Shown piece by piece: positions 40,601 to 51,700 of a stretch of DNA of 64,000 bases. Source of the stretch: Macrostomum hystrix (lineage: Eukaryota > Animalia > Platyhelminthes); contig CATNEN010000039.1 in NCBI GenBank assembly GCA_950097015.1, forward strand, positions 3,844,001-3,908,000, read 5' to 3'. Both the position numbers and the translations under genes were made by a program. The notes under the pieces were generated by a model. It worked only from the letters and a program-made list of their open reading frames with translations. It did not search any database and was not told the origin of the DNA. Numbering within the stretch: position 1 is the first letter of the stretch; each line of letters opens with the position of its first letter.

Positions 40601-42340
40601 AGTGACACTACCTCAATTCTAAGAGGATAGAGTGACACTACCTCAATTCTAAGAGGATAGAGTGACACTACCTCAATTCTAAGAGGATAAAGTGACACCA
40701 CCTCAATTATAATAGGATAGAGTGACACCACCTCAATTCTAACAGGATAGAGTGACACCACCTCAATTCTAACAGGTGAGTGTGACACCACCTCAATTCT
40801 AACAGGATAGAGTGACACCACCTCAATTCTAACAGGTGAGTGTGACACCACCTCAATTCTAACAGGTGAGTGGGACACCACCTCAATTATAACAGGTGAG
40901 TGTGACACCACCTCAATTCTAACAGGATAGTGTGACACCACCTAAATTCTAACAGGTGAGTGTGACACCACCTCAATTCTAACAGGATAGAGTGACACCA
41001 CCTCAATTCTAATAGGATAGAGTGACACCACCTAAATTCTAACAGGATAGAGTGACACCACCTCAATTCTAACAGGTGAGTGTGACACCACCTCAATTCT
41101 AACAGGATAGAGTGACACCACCTCAATTATAACAGGTGAGTGTGACACCACCTCAATTCTAACAGGATAGTGTGACACCACCTAAATTCTAACAGGTGAG
41201 TGTGACACCACCTCAATTCTAACAGGATAGAGTGACACCACCTCAATTCTAATAGGATAGAGTGACACCACCTAAATTCTAACAGGATAGAGTGACACCA
41301 CCTCAATTCTAACAGGATAGTGTGACACCACCTCAATTCTAACAGGATAGAGTGACACCACCTAAATTCTAACAGGTGAGTGTGACACCACCTCAATTCT
41401 AACAGGATAGAGTGACACCACCTAAATTCTAACAGGTGAGTGTGACACCACCTAAATTCTAACAGGATAGTGTGACACCACCTAAATTCTAACAGGATAG
41501 AGTGACACCACCTCAATTCTAACAGGTGAGTGTGACACCACCTAAATTCTAACAGGATAGTGTGACACCACCTCAATTCTAACATGATAGAGTGACACCA
41601 CCTAAATTCTAACAGGTGAGTGTGACACCACCTTAATTCTAACAGGTGAGTGTGACACCACCTCAATTCTAACAGGATAGAGTGACACCACCTCAAATCT
41701 AACAGGATAAAGTGACACCACCTCAATTCTAACAGGATAAATTGACACCACCTAAATTCTAACAGGATAGTGTGACACCACCTAAATTCTAACAGATGAG
41801 TGTGACACCACCTAAATTCTAACAGGATAGTGTGACACCACCTAAATTCTAACAGGTGAGTGTGACACCACCTAAATTCTAACAGGTGAGTGTGACACCA
41901 CCTCAATTCTAACAGGTGAGTGTGACAGCACCTCAATTCTAACAGGATAGAGTGACACCACCTAAATTCTAACAGGATAAAGTGACACCACCTCAATTCT
42001 AACAGGTGAGTGTGACACCACCTCAATTCTAACAGGATAGAGTGAGACCACCTCAATTCTAACAGGTGAGTGTGACACCACCTCAATTCTAACAGGTGAG
42101 TGTGACACCACCTAAATTCTAACAGGTGAGTGTGACACCACCTCAATTCTAGCATGATAGAGTGACACCACCTCAATTATAACAGGTGAGTGTGACACCA
42201 CCTCAATTCTAACAGGATAGAGTGACACCACCTCAATTCTAACAGGATAGAGTGAGACCACCTCAATTCTAACAGGTGAGTGTGACAACACCTCAATTCT
42301 AACAGGATAGAGTGACACCACCTCAACTCTAACAGGATAG
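25687..42340. repeat. 30-bp satellite (AACAGGTGAGTGTGACACCACCTCAATTCT / AACAGGATAGAGTGACACC..)n, about 555 units, with higher-order repeats
   Basis: Register maintained with no visible indels for 16.6 kb; identical variant blocks at offsets 2430, 1830 and 1230 bp. Confidence 0.99.
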
Positions 42341-42699
42341 TGTCACCGAGTCTACTCTAACAGGATAGAGTCACCGAGTCTACTCTAACAGGATAGAGTC
42401 ACCGAGTCTACTCTAACAGGATAGAGTCACCGAGTCTACTCTAACAGGATAGAGTCACCGAGCCTACTCTAACAGGATAGTGTCACCGAGTCTACTTTAA
42501 CAGGATAGAGTCACCGAGTCTACTCTAACAGGATAGAGTCACCGAGCCTACTCTAACAGGATAGAGTCACCGAGTCTACTCTAACAGGATAGAGTCACCG
42601 AGCCTACTCTAACAGGATAGAGTCACCGAGTCTACTCTAACAGGATAGAGTCACCGAGCCTACTCTAACAGGATAGAGTCACCGAGCCTACTCTAACAG
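42326..42699. repeat. 28-bp minisatellite (CTCTAACAGGATAGAGTCACCGAGTCTA)n derived from the 30-mer
   Basis: Shares CTAACAGGATAGAGT with the adjacent array; about 13 units. Confidence 0.95.
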
Positions 42700-43897
42700 T
42701 GTAAAATAAAAAAGTCGCTGCAATTGAGTTTTTCTTAAGTTATGTCAAAACAAGATATAGTTGTTCTCATGTTGAGTCAGAACTATAGCAGGCCAAGTCG
42801 TTGTCATTGTTTATATTTACATAACAACAGAAGCAACGGACGAAAGTGCAATCAAAGCCAGCCATTTAAAAATTAACTCATTTTTGAGAAATATTATAAT
42901 ATAGCAGGCAGAGCTATCTCAGACTACCTTAACAGGTGAACAGAAGAGAAGTGTGCTCGCATGTGGGCTCCAATATCCAAGGGCAAGGAAAACAACAAAA
43001 TGGTACGTAAATAAAGCCTTATCCATACTGCTCGCACTCTGCGTTTGAGTAGGTACTGTGATTTTAAAAGAAGAAAGCAGAATGGCGTTTATTGTTTGTC
43101 AGAAAAAAAGAAGATAAAAATATGTTCTAAACATTTAGGAAAGCGGCCATAGATTTGAGGTGTTGTTGCTGCATGAAATAAAATAGGCGAAATAAAACGC
43201 ACTGCTCGCACTACTCGAATTTGTGAAGCTAAGTAGTAGGATGCGCATTTTAAGCTTGAAGGATGTAAAAACAAACTGATTTAAATCCTGGTTGCCTGGT
43301 GATCACCCAGAGCATCATAATCGACAGCGTCGTATCCTAATTTTCTTTGGTACTAAAATTGGCACTTGGCGAGTACAATTTGTAGTTAAATAATTAGTAG
43401 AGTAAAAAAACAGCTAGCTTTAACAATAAACAAATAATTTGCTATCCTCACATCCCAGTTACAGTTACAGACCATAGTGTGGAGTCATCGAGTGTTGGGT
43501 CTGATAAAAATGCAATTCAACTCTCTCTAATTTCATTTTAGTCGCCAATGAAAATTCCACTTTCACCTTTGAAAATGAAGAGACAACAGACGTGCGGGCA
43601 AAAAGGCAGCACAAGCCTGAGGGTCTGCTGTTAAGCTTCTTTGCTAAACTTTTAATTCACGAAAAGCCACAAAGAAAGGCAATTGATTGAGCAAGTGATG
43701 TTTGCGGAAGGCAGCAACATGGCCTGTTGCTTCCGCACTGCTGTCAGCACCCTTGAAAAAATTGTCAGGCAAAATCGCTTCTAAAGCACAATCAGACAAG
43801 TAAATTTATAGGCATTGGAGGAATTTTAAGAGAAGATTAATTATAGTTTAATTATGCCGCATCAAAGTCGAAATACATTTATAGTACAGAATCGCAT

Positions 43898-45336
43898 GCA
43901 CAGTGTGTGCTGGCGGAGGCTTCAATATTGAAGGACAGCACAGTGTGTGATGGCAGAGGCATCAATATTGAAGGACAGCACAGTGTGTGCTGGCAGAGGC
44001 TTCAATATTGAAGGACAGCACAGTGTGTGATGGCAGAGGCATCAATATTGAAGGACCGCACAGTGTGTGATGGCAGAGGCTTCAATATTGAAGGACAGCA
44101 CAGTGTGTGATGGCAGAGGCTTCAATATTGAAGGACCGCACAGTGTGTGCTGGCAGAGGCTTCAATATTGAAGGACAGCACAGTGTGTGCTGGCAGAGGC
44201 TTCAATATTGAAGGACAGCACAGTGTGTGATGGCAGAGGCTTCAATATTGAAGGACAGCACAGTGTGTGATGGCAGAGGCTTCAATATTGAAGGACAGCA
44301 CAGTGTGTGATGGCAGAAGCTTCAATATTGAAGGACAGCACAGTGTGTGATGGCAGAGGCTTCAATATTGAAGGACAGCACAGTGTGTGATGGCAGAGGC
44401 TTCAATATTGAAGGACAGCACAGTGTGTGATGGCAGAGGCTTCAATATTGAAGGACAGCACAGTGTGTGATGGCAGAGGCTTCAATATTGAAGGACAGCA
44501 CAGTGTGTGATGGCAGAGGCTTCAATATTGAAGGACAGCACAGTGTGTGATGGCAGAGGCTTCAATATTGAAGGACAGCACAGTGTGTGATGGCAGAGGC
44601 TTCAATATTGAAGGACAGCACAGTGTGTGATGGCAGAGGCATCAATATTGAAGGACAGCACAGTGTGTGATGGCAGAGGCTTCAATATTGAAGGACAGCA
44701 CAGTGTGTGATGGCAGAGGCTTCAATATTGAAGGACCGCACAGTGTGTGCTGGCAGAGGCTTCAATATTGAAGGACCGCACAGTGTGTGCTGGCAGAGGC
44801 TTCAATATTGAAGGACAGCACAGTGTGTGATGGCAGAGGCATCAATATTGAAGGACAGCACAGTGTGGGATGGCAGAGGCTTCAATATTGAAGGACGGCA
44901 CAGTGTGTGATGGCAGAGGCTTCAATATTGAAGGACAGCACAGTGTGTGATGGCAGAGGCTTCAATATTGAAGGACCGCACAGTGTGTGCTGGCAGAGGC
45001 TTCAATATTGAAGGACCGCACAGTGTGTGCTGGCAGAAGCTTCAATATTGAAGGACCGCACAGTGTGTGATGGCAGAGGCTTCAATATTGAAGGACAGCA
45101 CAGTGTGTGATGGCAGAGGCTTCAATATTGAAGGACAGCACAGTGTGTGATGGCAGAGGCTTCAATATTGAAGGACCGCACAGTGTGTGATGGCAGAGGC
45201 TTCAATATTGAAGGACAGCACAGTGTGTGATGGCAGAGGCTTCAATATTGAAGGACAGCACAGTGTGTGATGGCAGAGGCTTCAATATTGAAGGACCGCA
45301 CAGTGTGTGATGGCAGAGGCTTCAATATTGAAGGAC
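43898..45336. repeat. 40-bp minisatellite (GCACAGTGTGTGATGGCAGAGGCTTCAATATTGAAGGACA)n, about 36 units
   Basis: Seen directly; contains the 14-bp palindrome CTTCAATATTGAAG. Confidence 0.97.
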
Positions 45337-45474
45337 GACAGCTGCCAAGGACCAGAAACGGAGTGCCAGAGTGCAGAAATACCAAGCAGGTGAACATAAT
45401 TTAGCAAACTGAGTCAATATTTTATAAAACAAACACACGACTGCTCAGATTGTGTACCAAAAATACTTAAAAAT

Positions 45475-45480
45475 TTTATT
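45475..45480 (-). promoter_or_regulatory. Candidate poly(A) signal for the NHE gene
   Basis: AATAAA on the minus strand about 240 nt after the predicted stop. Confidence 0.4.
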
Positions 45481-45716
45481 TAAAAGTTTAGCTTGATTAT
45501 ATAATTAACTGTAAGACATTTTAGCCTTTAATTTTAGCACTTAATTAAAAAAACAACACGGTCCAAGTTCCAAGAAAGTCAGCGACAGCTGGCGCGCTAA
45601 AAGACAGACTAGAAGAGCCCGTCAGGCAACAGATTCGCCGCCTGCGTTGAAGCCTGCGTTCGACGAGCCGCGCCTGGGGTCGGCGCCACGGCGATATCGA
45701 TCGTGGGCGTCTTCTG

Positions 45717-45769
45717 TCAGAGAGACGAAATGAAGGCCAACTGGTTTGAGAATCTGACGCATTGGCTAA
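45717..45769 (-). CDS. NHE putative terminal exon (VSQCVRFSNQLAFISSL*)
   Basis: ccccag acceptor, phase 1, TGA at 45719-45717. Confidence 0.55.
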
Positions 45770-48700
45770 CTGGGGTGTCAGGATTGAGAGGGCCTGCTGA
45801 CACACTGGGTATCAGGAGTAAGAGGGCCGACTGACACACTGGGTGTCAGGAGTGAGTGGGTCTACTGACACACTGGGTGTCAGGAGTGAGAGGGCCTACT
45901 GACACACTGGGTGTCAGGAGTGAGAGGGCCTACTGACACACTGGGTGTCAGGAGTGAGAGGGTCTGCTGACACACTGGGTGTCAGGAGTGAGAGGGTCTG
46001 CTGACACACTGGGTGTCAGGAGTGAGAGGGTCTGCTGACACACTGGGTATCAGGAGTGAGAGGGTCTACTGACACACTGGGTGTCAGGAGTGAGAGGGCC
46101 TACTGACACTGGGTGTCAGGAGTGAGAGGGTCTGCTGACACACTGGGTGTCAGGAAAGACCAGACAATAAGGCAGATGCAGCAGATTTATATGTGAATAT
46201 GTGATTCAGGTTAAATATCTAAACTAGGTCGCTACTCACCGTCCATCCGGTCCGAATCGTGGCCCCGATTCCAGGGCAGCGAGTCCAGAATGTTCACCTC
46301 GTATTTGAATTCTTCAGACGGCTCGGCCACCTCGTTGTCTGTGAGAAAAGGTTTTAATTTGGAAGTGCGGAAGCACGGAGGAAATATTCAGTTGGAACTA
46401 GTATATTTCTATTCATAAAAACTAAATATTCTAGAGCCCAGCTTCCGAAGACGCCGTACATAAAAGTGCATTAAAATAAGACGAATCAACCTTAGACGAG
46501 TACTTCGTCACTTATCTACCTCACTCCCTCAATTCACCAACCAGAAACCAGTCACCCACCTAACTCACTTGACTCACCAATCGGAGACCAGTTGCCCACC
46601 TCACTCCCTTGACCCACCAATCGGAGACCAGTCACCCACCCCACTACCTCGATCGACCAATCGGAGACCAGCAACTTACTTAACTTACTGTATTGGTTCA
46701 ATGGTCAGACATATCGGCCAACTCTCTAACAAGCCACTCACATCATCCACCACACTAACCAATAATGCTAAACAAGACAATACAGTGGCAAAAATTACCA
46801 TCAATTCGAATATAAGGCACGGAGGCAGGCAGGAAATCCTGCGAATGATGCTGATCCTCGTGACAGACGCGCACCTGAAACCGACCCTGCACCTGGCAGT
46901 CGCTGTTATTCTCCGGCAGTGACGCCATCTGCTGTGTGCGCGGGTCAAGCATGCCTGGGATGGACACGAAATCAAATAAGAGTTAGTTGCAGACTGTACT
47001 TCGTTACTGTTAGTAGGCGGTGAAGCAAGATTCTAAACAATGCTCTAATGCTGCAGGTTGCTGAACTGTAGGGTAAGTAATAAAATAACGGCACAATGTA
47101 TTCTCTCTACCATGAAAAAAAATACTTGGTGGCACCCAACGAGTTTTGGCTCCAGTTAGGTTTTGTAAATAAACAAAAAACCTAGCAGTCAGTTTGGCAG
47201 AAAATACAGCAAGATACAGCAGTACTGCAGTTACAGAAGAAGATAACAGCGCATGACAACAAACAATTGAAAAATAGAAAGATTTTGTGCTATTGCCAAG
47301 ACTAGGAAGCATCAGGACTCACAATCCAAGATCGTCGGTTTTTAATCCCGGATTTGGAGTAGGGATTTCTAATACCGGATTTGGAGTAAAGATTTCTAAT
47401 AGCGGATTTGGAGTAGGGATTTCTAATACCGGATTTGGAGTAGGGATTTCTAATACTGGATTTGGAGTAGGGATTTCTAATACTGGATTTGGAGTAGGGA
47501 TTTCTAATACCGGATTTGGAGTAGGGATTTCTAATACTGGATTTGGAGTAGGGATTTCTAATACTGGATTTGGAGTAGGGATTTCTAATACCAGATTTGG
47601 AGTAGGGATTTCTAATACCGGATTTGGAGTAGGGATTTCTATTACCGGATTTGGAGTAGGGATTTCTAATACTGGATTTGGAGTAGGGATTTCTAATACT
47701 GGATTTGGAGTAGGGATTTCTAATACCGGATTTGGAGTAGGGATTTCTAATACTGGATTTGGAGTAGGGATTTCTAATACTGGATTTGGAGTAGGGATTT
47801 CTAATACCGGATTTGGAGTAGGGATTTCTAATACCGGATTTGGAGTAGGGATTTCTAATACCGGATTTGGAGTAGGGATTTCTAATACCGAATTTGGAGT
47901 AGGGATTTCTAATACCGAATTTGGAGTAGGGATTTCTAATACTGGATTTGGAGTAGGGATTTCTAATACCGGATTTGGAGTAGGGATTTCTAATACCGAA
48001 TTTGGAGTAGGGATTTCTAATACTGGATTTGGAGTAGGGATTTCTAATACTGGATTTGGAGTAGGGATTTCTAATACTGGATTTGGAGTAGGGATTTCTA
48101 ATACCGGATTTGGAGTAGGGATTTATAATACCGGATTTGGAGTAGGGATTTCTAATACCGGATTTTGAGTAGGGATTTCTAATACTGGATTTTGAGTTGG
48201 GATTTCTAATACTGGATTTGGAGTAGGGAGTTCTAATACTGGATATGGAGTAGGGATTTATAATACTGGATTTGGAGTAGGGATTTCTAATACTGGATTT
48301 GGAGTAGGGATTTCTAATACTGGATTTGGAGTAGGGATTTCTAATACCAGATTTGGAGTAGGGATTTCTAATACCGGATTTGGAGTAGGGATTTCTATTA
48401 CCGGATTTGGAGTAGGGATTTCTAATACTGGATTTGGAGTAGGGATTTCTAATACTGGATTTGGAGTAGGGATTTCTAATACCGGATTTGGAGTAGGGAT
48501 TTCTAATACTGGATTTGGAGTAGGGATTTCTAATACCAGATTTGGAGTAGGGATTTCTAATACCGGATTTGGAGTAGGGATTTCTAATACCGGATTTGGA
48601 GTAGGGATTTCTAATACTGGATTTGGAGTAGGGATTTCTAATACTGGATTTGGAGTAGGGATTTCTAATACCAGATTTGGAGTAGGGATTTCTAATACCG

Positions 48701-51700
48701 GATTTGGAGTAGGGATTTCTAATACCGGATTTGGAGTAGGGATTTCTAATACCGGATTTGGAGTAGGGATTTCTAATACCGAATTTGGAGTAGGGATTTC
48801 TAATACTGGATTTGGAGTAGGGATTTCTAATACTGGATTTGGAGTAGGGATTTCTAATACCGGATTTGGAGTAGGGATTTCTAATACTGGATTTGGAGTA
48901 GGGATTTCTAATACTGGATTTGGAGTAGGGATTTCTAATACCGGATTTGGAGTAGGGATTTCTAATACCGGATTTGGAGTAGGGATTTCTAATACCGGAT
49001 TTGGAGTAGGGATTTCTAATACCGAATTTGGAGTAGGGATTTCTAATACCGAATTTGGAGTAGGGATTTCTAATACTGGATTTGGAGTAGGGATTTCTAA
49101 TACCGGATTTGGAGTAGGGATTTCTAATACCGAATTTGGAGTAGGGATTTCTAATACTGGATTTGGAGTAGGGATTTCTAATACTGGATTTGGAGTAGGG
49201 ATTTCTAATACTGGATTTGGAGTAGGGATTTCTAATACCGGATTTGGAGTAGGGATTTATAATACCGGATTTGGAGTAGGGATTTCTAATACCGGATTTT
49301 GAGTAGGGATTTCTAATACTGGATTTTGAGTTGGGATTTCTAATACTGGATTTGGAGTAGGGAGTTCTAATACTGGATATGGAGTAGGGATTTCTAATAC
49401 TGGATTTGGAGTAGGGATTTCTAATACCGGATTTGGAGTAGGGATTTCTAATACCGAATTTGGAGTAGGGATTTCTAATACTGGATTTGGAGTAGGGATT
49501 TCTAATACTGGATTTGGAGTAGGGATTTCTAATACTGGATTTGGAGTAGGGATTTCTAATACCGGATTTGGAGTAGGGATTTATAATACCGGATTTGGAG
49601 TAGGGATTTCTAATACCGGATTTTGAGTAGGGATTTCTAATACTGGATTTTGAGTTGGGATTTCTAATACTGGATTTGGAGTAGGGAGTTCTAATACTGG
49701 ATATGGAGTAGGGATTTATAATACTGGATTTGGAGTAGGGATTTCTAATACTGGATTTGGAGTAGGGATTTCTAATACTGGATTTGGAGTAGGGATTTCT
49801 AATACCAGATTTGGAGTAGGGATTTCTAATACCGGATTTGGAGTAGGGATTTCTATTACCGGATTTGGAGTAGGGATTTCTAATACTGGATTTCGAGTAG
49901 GGATTTCTAATACTGGATTTGGAGTAGGGATTTCTAATACCGGATTTGGAGTAGGGATTTCTAATACTGGATTTGGAGTAGGGATTTCTAATACCAGATT
50001 TGGAGTAGGGATTTCTAATACCGGATTTGGAGTAGGGATTTCTAATACCGGATTTGGAGTAGGGATTTCTAATACCGGATTTGGAGTAGGGATTTCTAAT
50101 ACTGGATTTGGAGTAGGGATTTCTAATACTGGATTTGGAGTAGGGATTTCTAATACCGGATTTGGAGTAGGGATTTCTAATACCGGATTTGGAGTAGGGA
50201 TTTCTAATACCGGATTTGGAGTAGGGATTTCTAATACCGAATTTGGAGTAGGGATTTCTAATACTGGATTTGGAGTAGGGATTTCTAATACTGGATTTGG
50301 AGTAGGGATTTCTAATACCGGATTTGGAGTAGGGATTTCTAATACTGGATTTGGAGTAGGGATTTCTAATACTGGATTTGGAGTAGGGATTTCTAATACC
50401 GGATTTGGAGTAGGGATTTCTAATACTGGATTTGGAGTAGGGATTTCTAATACCGGATTTGGAGTAGGGATTTCTAATACCGGATTTGGAGTAGGGATTT
50501 CTAATACCGGATTTGGAGTAGGGATTTCTAATACTGGATTTGGAGTAGGGATTTCTAATACTGGATTTGGAGTAGGGATTTCTAATACCAGATTTGGAGT
50601 AGGGATTTCTAATACCGGATTTGGAGTAGGGATTTCTAATACCGGATTTGGAGTAGGGATTTCTAATACTGGATTTGGAGTAGGGATTTCTAATACTGGA
50701 TTTGGAGTAGGGATTTCTAATACTGGATTTGGAGTAGGGATTTCTAATACCAGATTTGGAGTAGGGATTTCTAATACTGGATTTGGAGTAGGGATTTCTA
50801 ATACCGGATTTGGAGTAGGGATTTATAATACCGGATTTGGAGTAGGGATTTCTAATACCGGATTTTGAGTAGGGATTTCTAATACTGGATTTTGAGTTGG
50901 GATTTCTAATACTGGATTTGGAGTAGGGAGTTCTAATACTGGATATGGAGTAGGGATTTCTAATACTGGATTTGGAGTAGGGATTTCTAATACCGGATTA
51001 TGCAAGACGTTTTCGATATCATTAAAAACACACAACAAATGAAATCACAAATCAAAACTGTTTCTAAACGAATTTCTAAGAGACATTATTAAGGTAAAAA
51101 TGTTGCTGAACAGTACCTAAATGTGTTAAAGATGGGCTTCGTTCCACAGCGACACCTGGCAATAAAAAGGCCAAAAAACACGTGACCGGATCGCCGGGGT
51201 AAAAATACTTTTAACTACATTTTCGTTTGCTAATGCAAAAATGATAATCTTTAAAAAAATTCAAAAAGCAAACTGACTGTACGAGACTCGTAAAAGAAAG
51301 ACACAGCTGTTACATGCTGGGATAAATCTTCCTTTGATTAGCAAGACAAAAAACCATCCAGTAGTTTGTCTATTTTCTGGCTTGGGACAACTGCGCAGAA
51401 AAATACCTGCTTGTCTATTTTTAAGAGAAATTGGGACCAGATGACTTTTCAGCTTGCATTTATTTGCTATCAAGAAGGAATATTTTAATGCTTATCGCGG
51501 TTTCAATAAACAAAATATATATAAATTTTTGTATTGAATTTTAATTGCGGTTTGAGGTTAAGAGTCATAAAATGTATATCTCTTTAATACCCTCAATCGG
51601 GGGTAGAGTTTGGCTGGAGTGACTGTACATCGGGGTAGAGGTTGGCTCGAGTAACTGTACATCGGGGTAGAGGTTGGCTGGAGTGACTGTACATCGGGGT

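Noticed and set aside
25660-42321. Dozens of ORFs (VVSHSPVRIE)n / (RWCHTHLLEL)n
   Set aside because: Satellite translations with scattered stops and non-ATG starts
43898-45336. CRISPR-like array (palindromic ~40-bp repeats)
   Set aside because: Head-to-tail units with no unique spacers, no cas genes, eukaryotic context; the same applies to all 28-35-bp arrays here
47287-48168. 293-aa (FGVGISNTG)n ORF resembling PPE or FG-repeat proteins
   Set aside because: 27-bp satellite within an NHE intron; GTG start and the frame is closed by a variant unit
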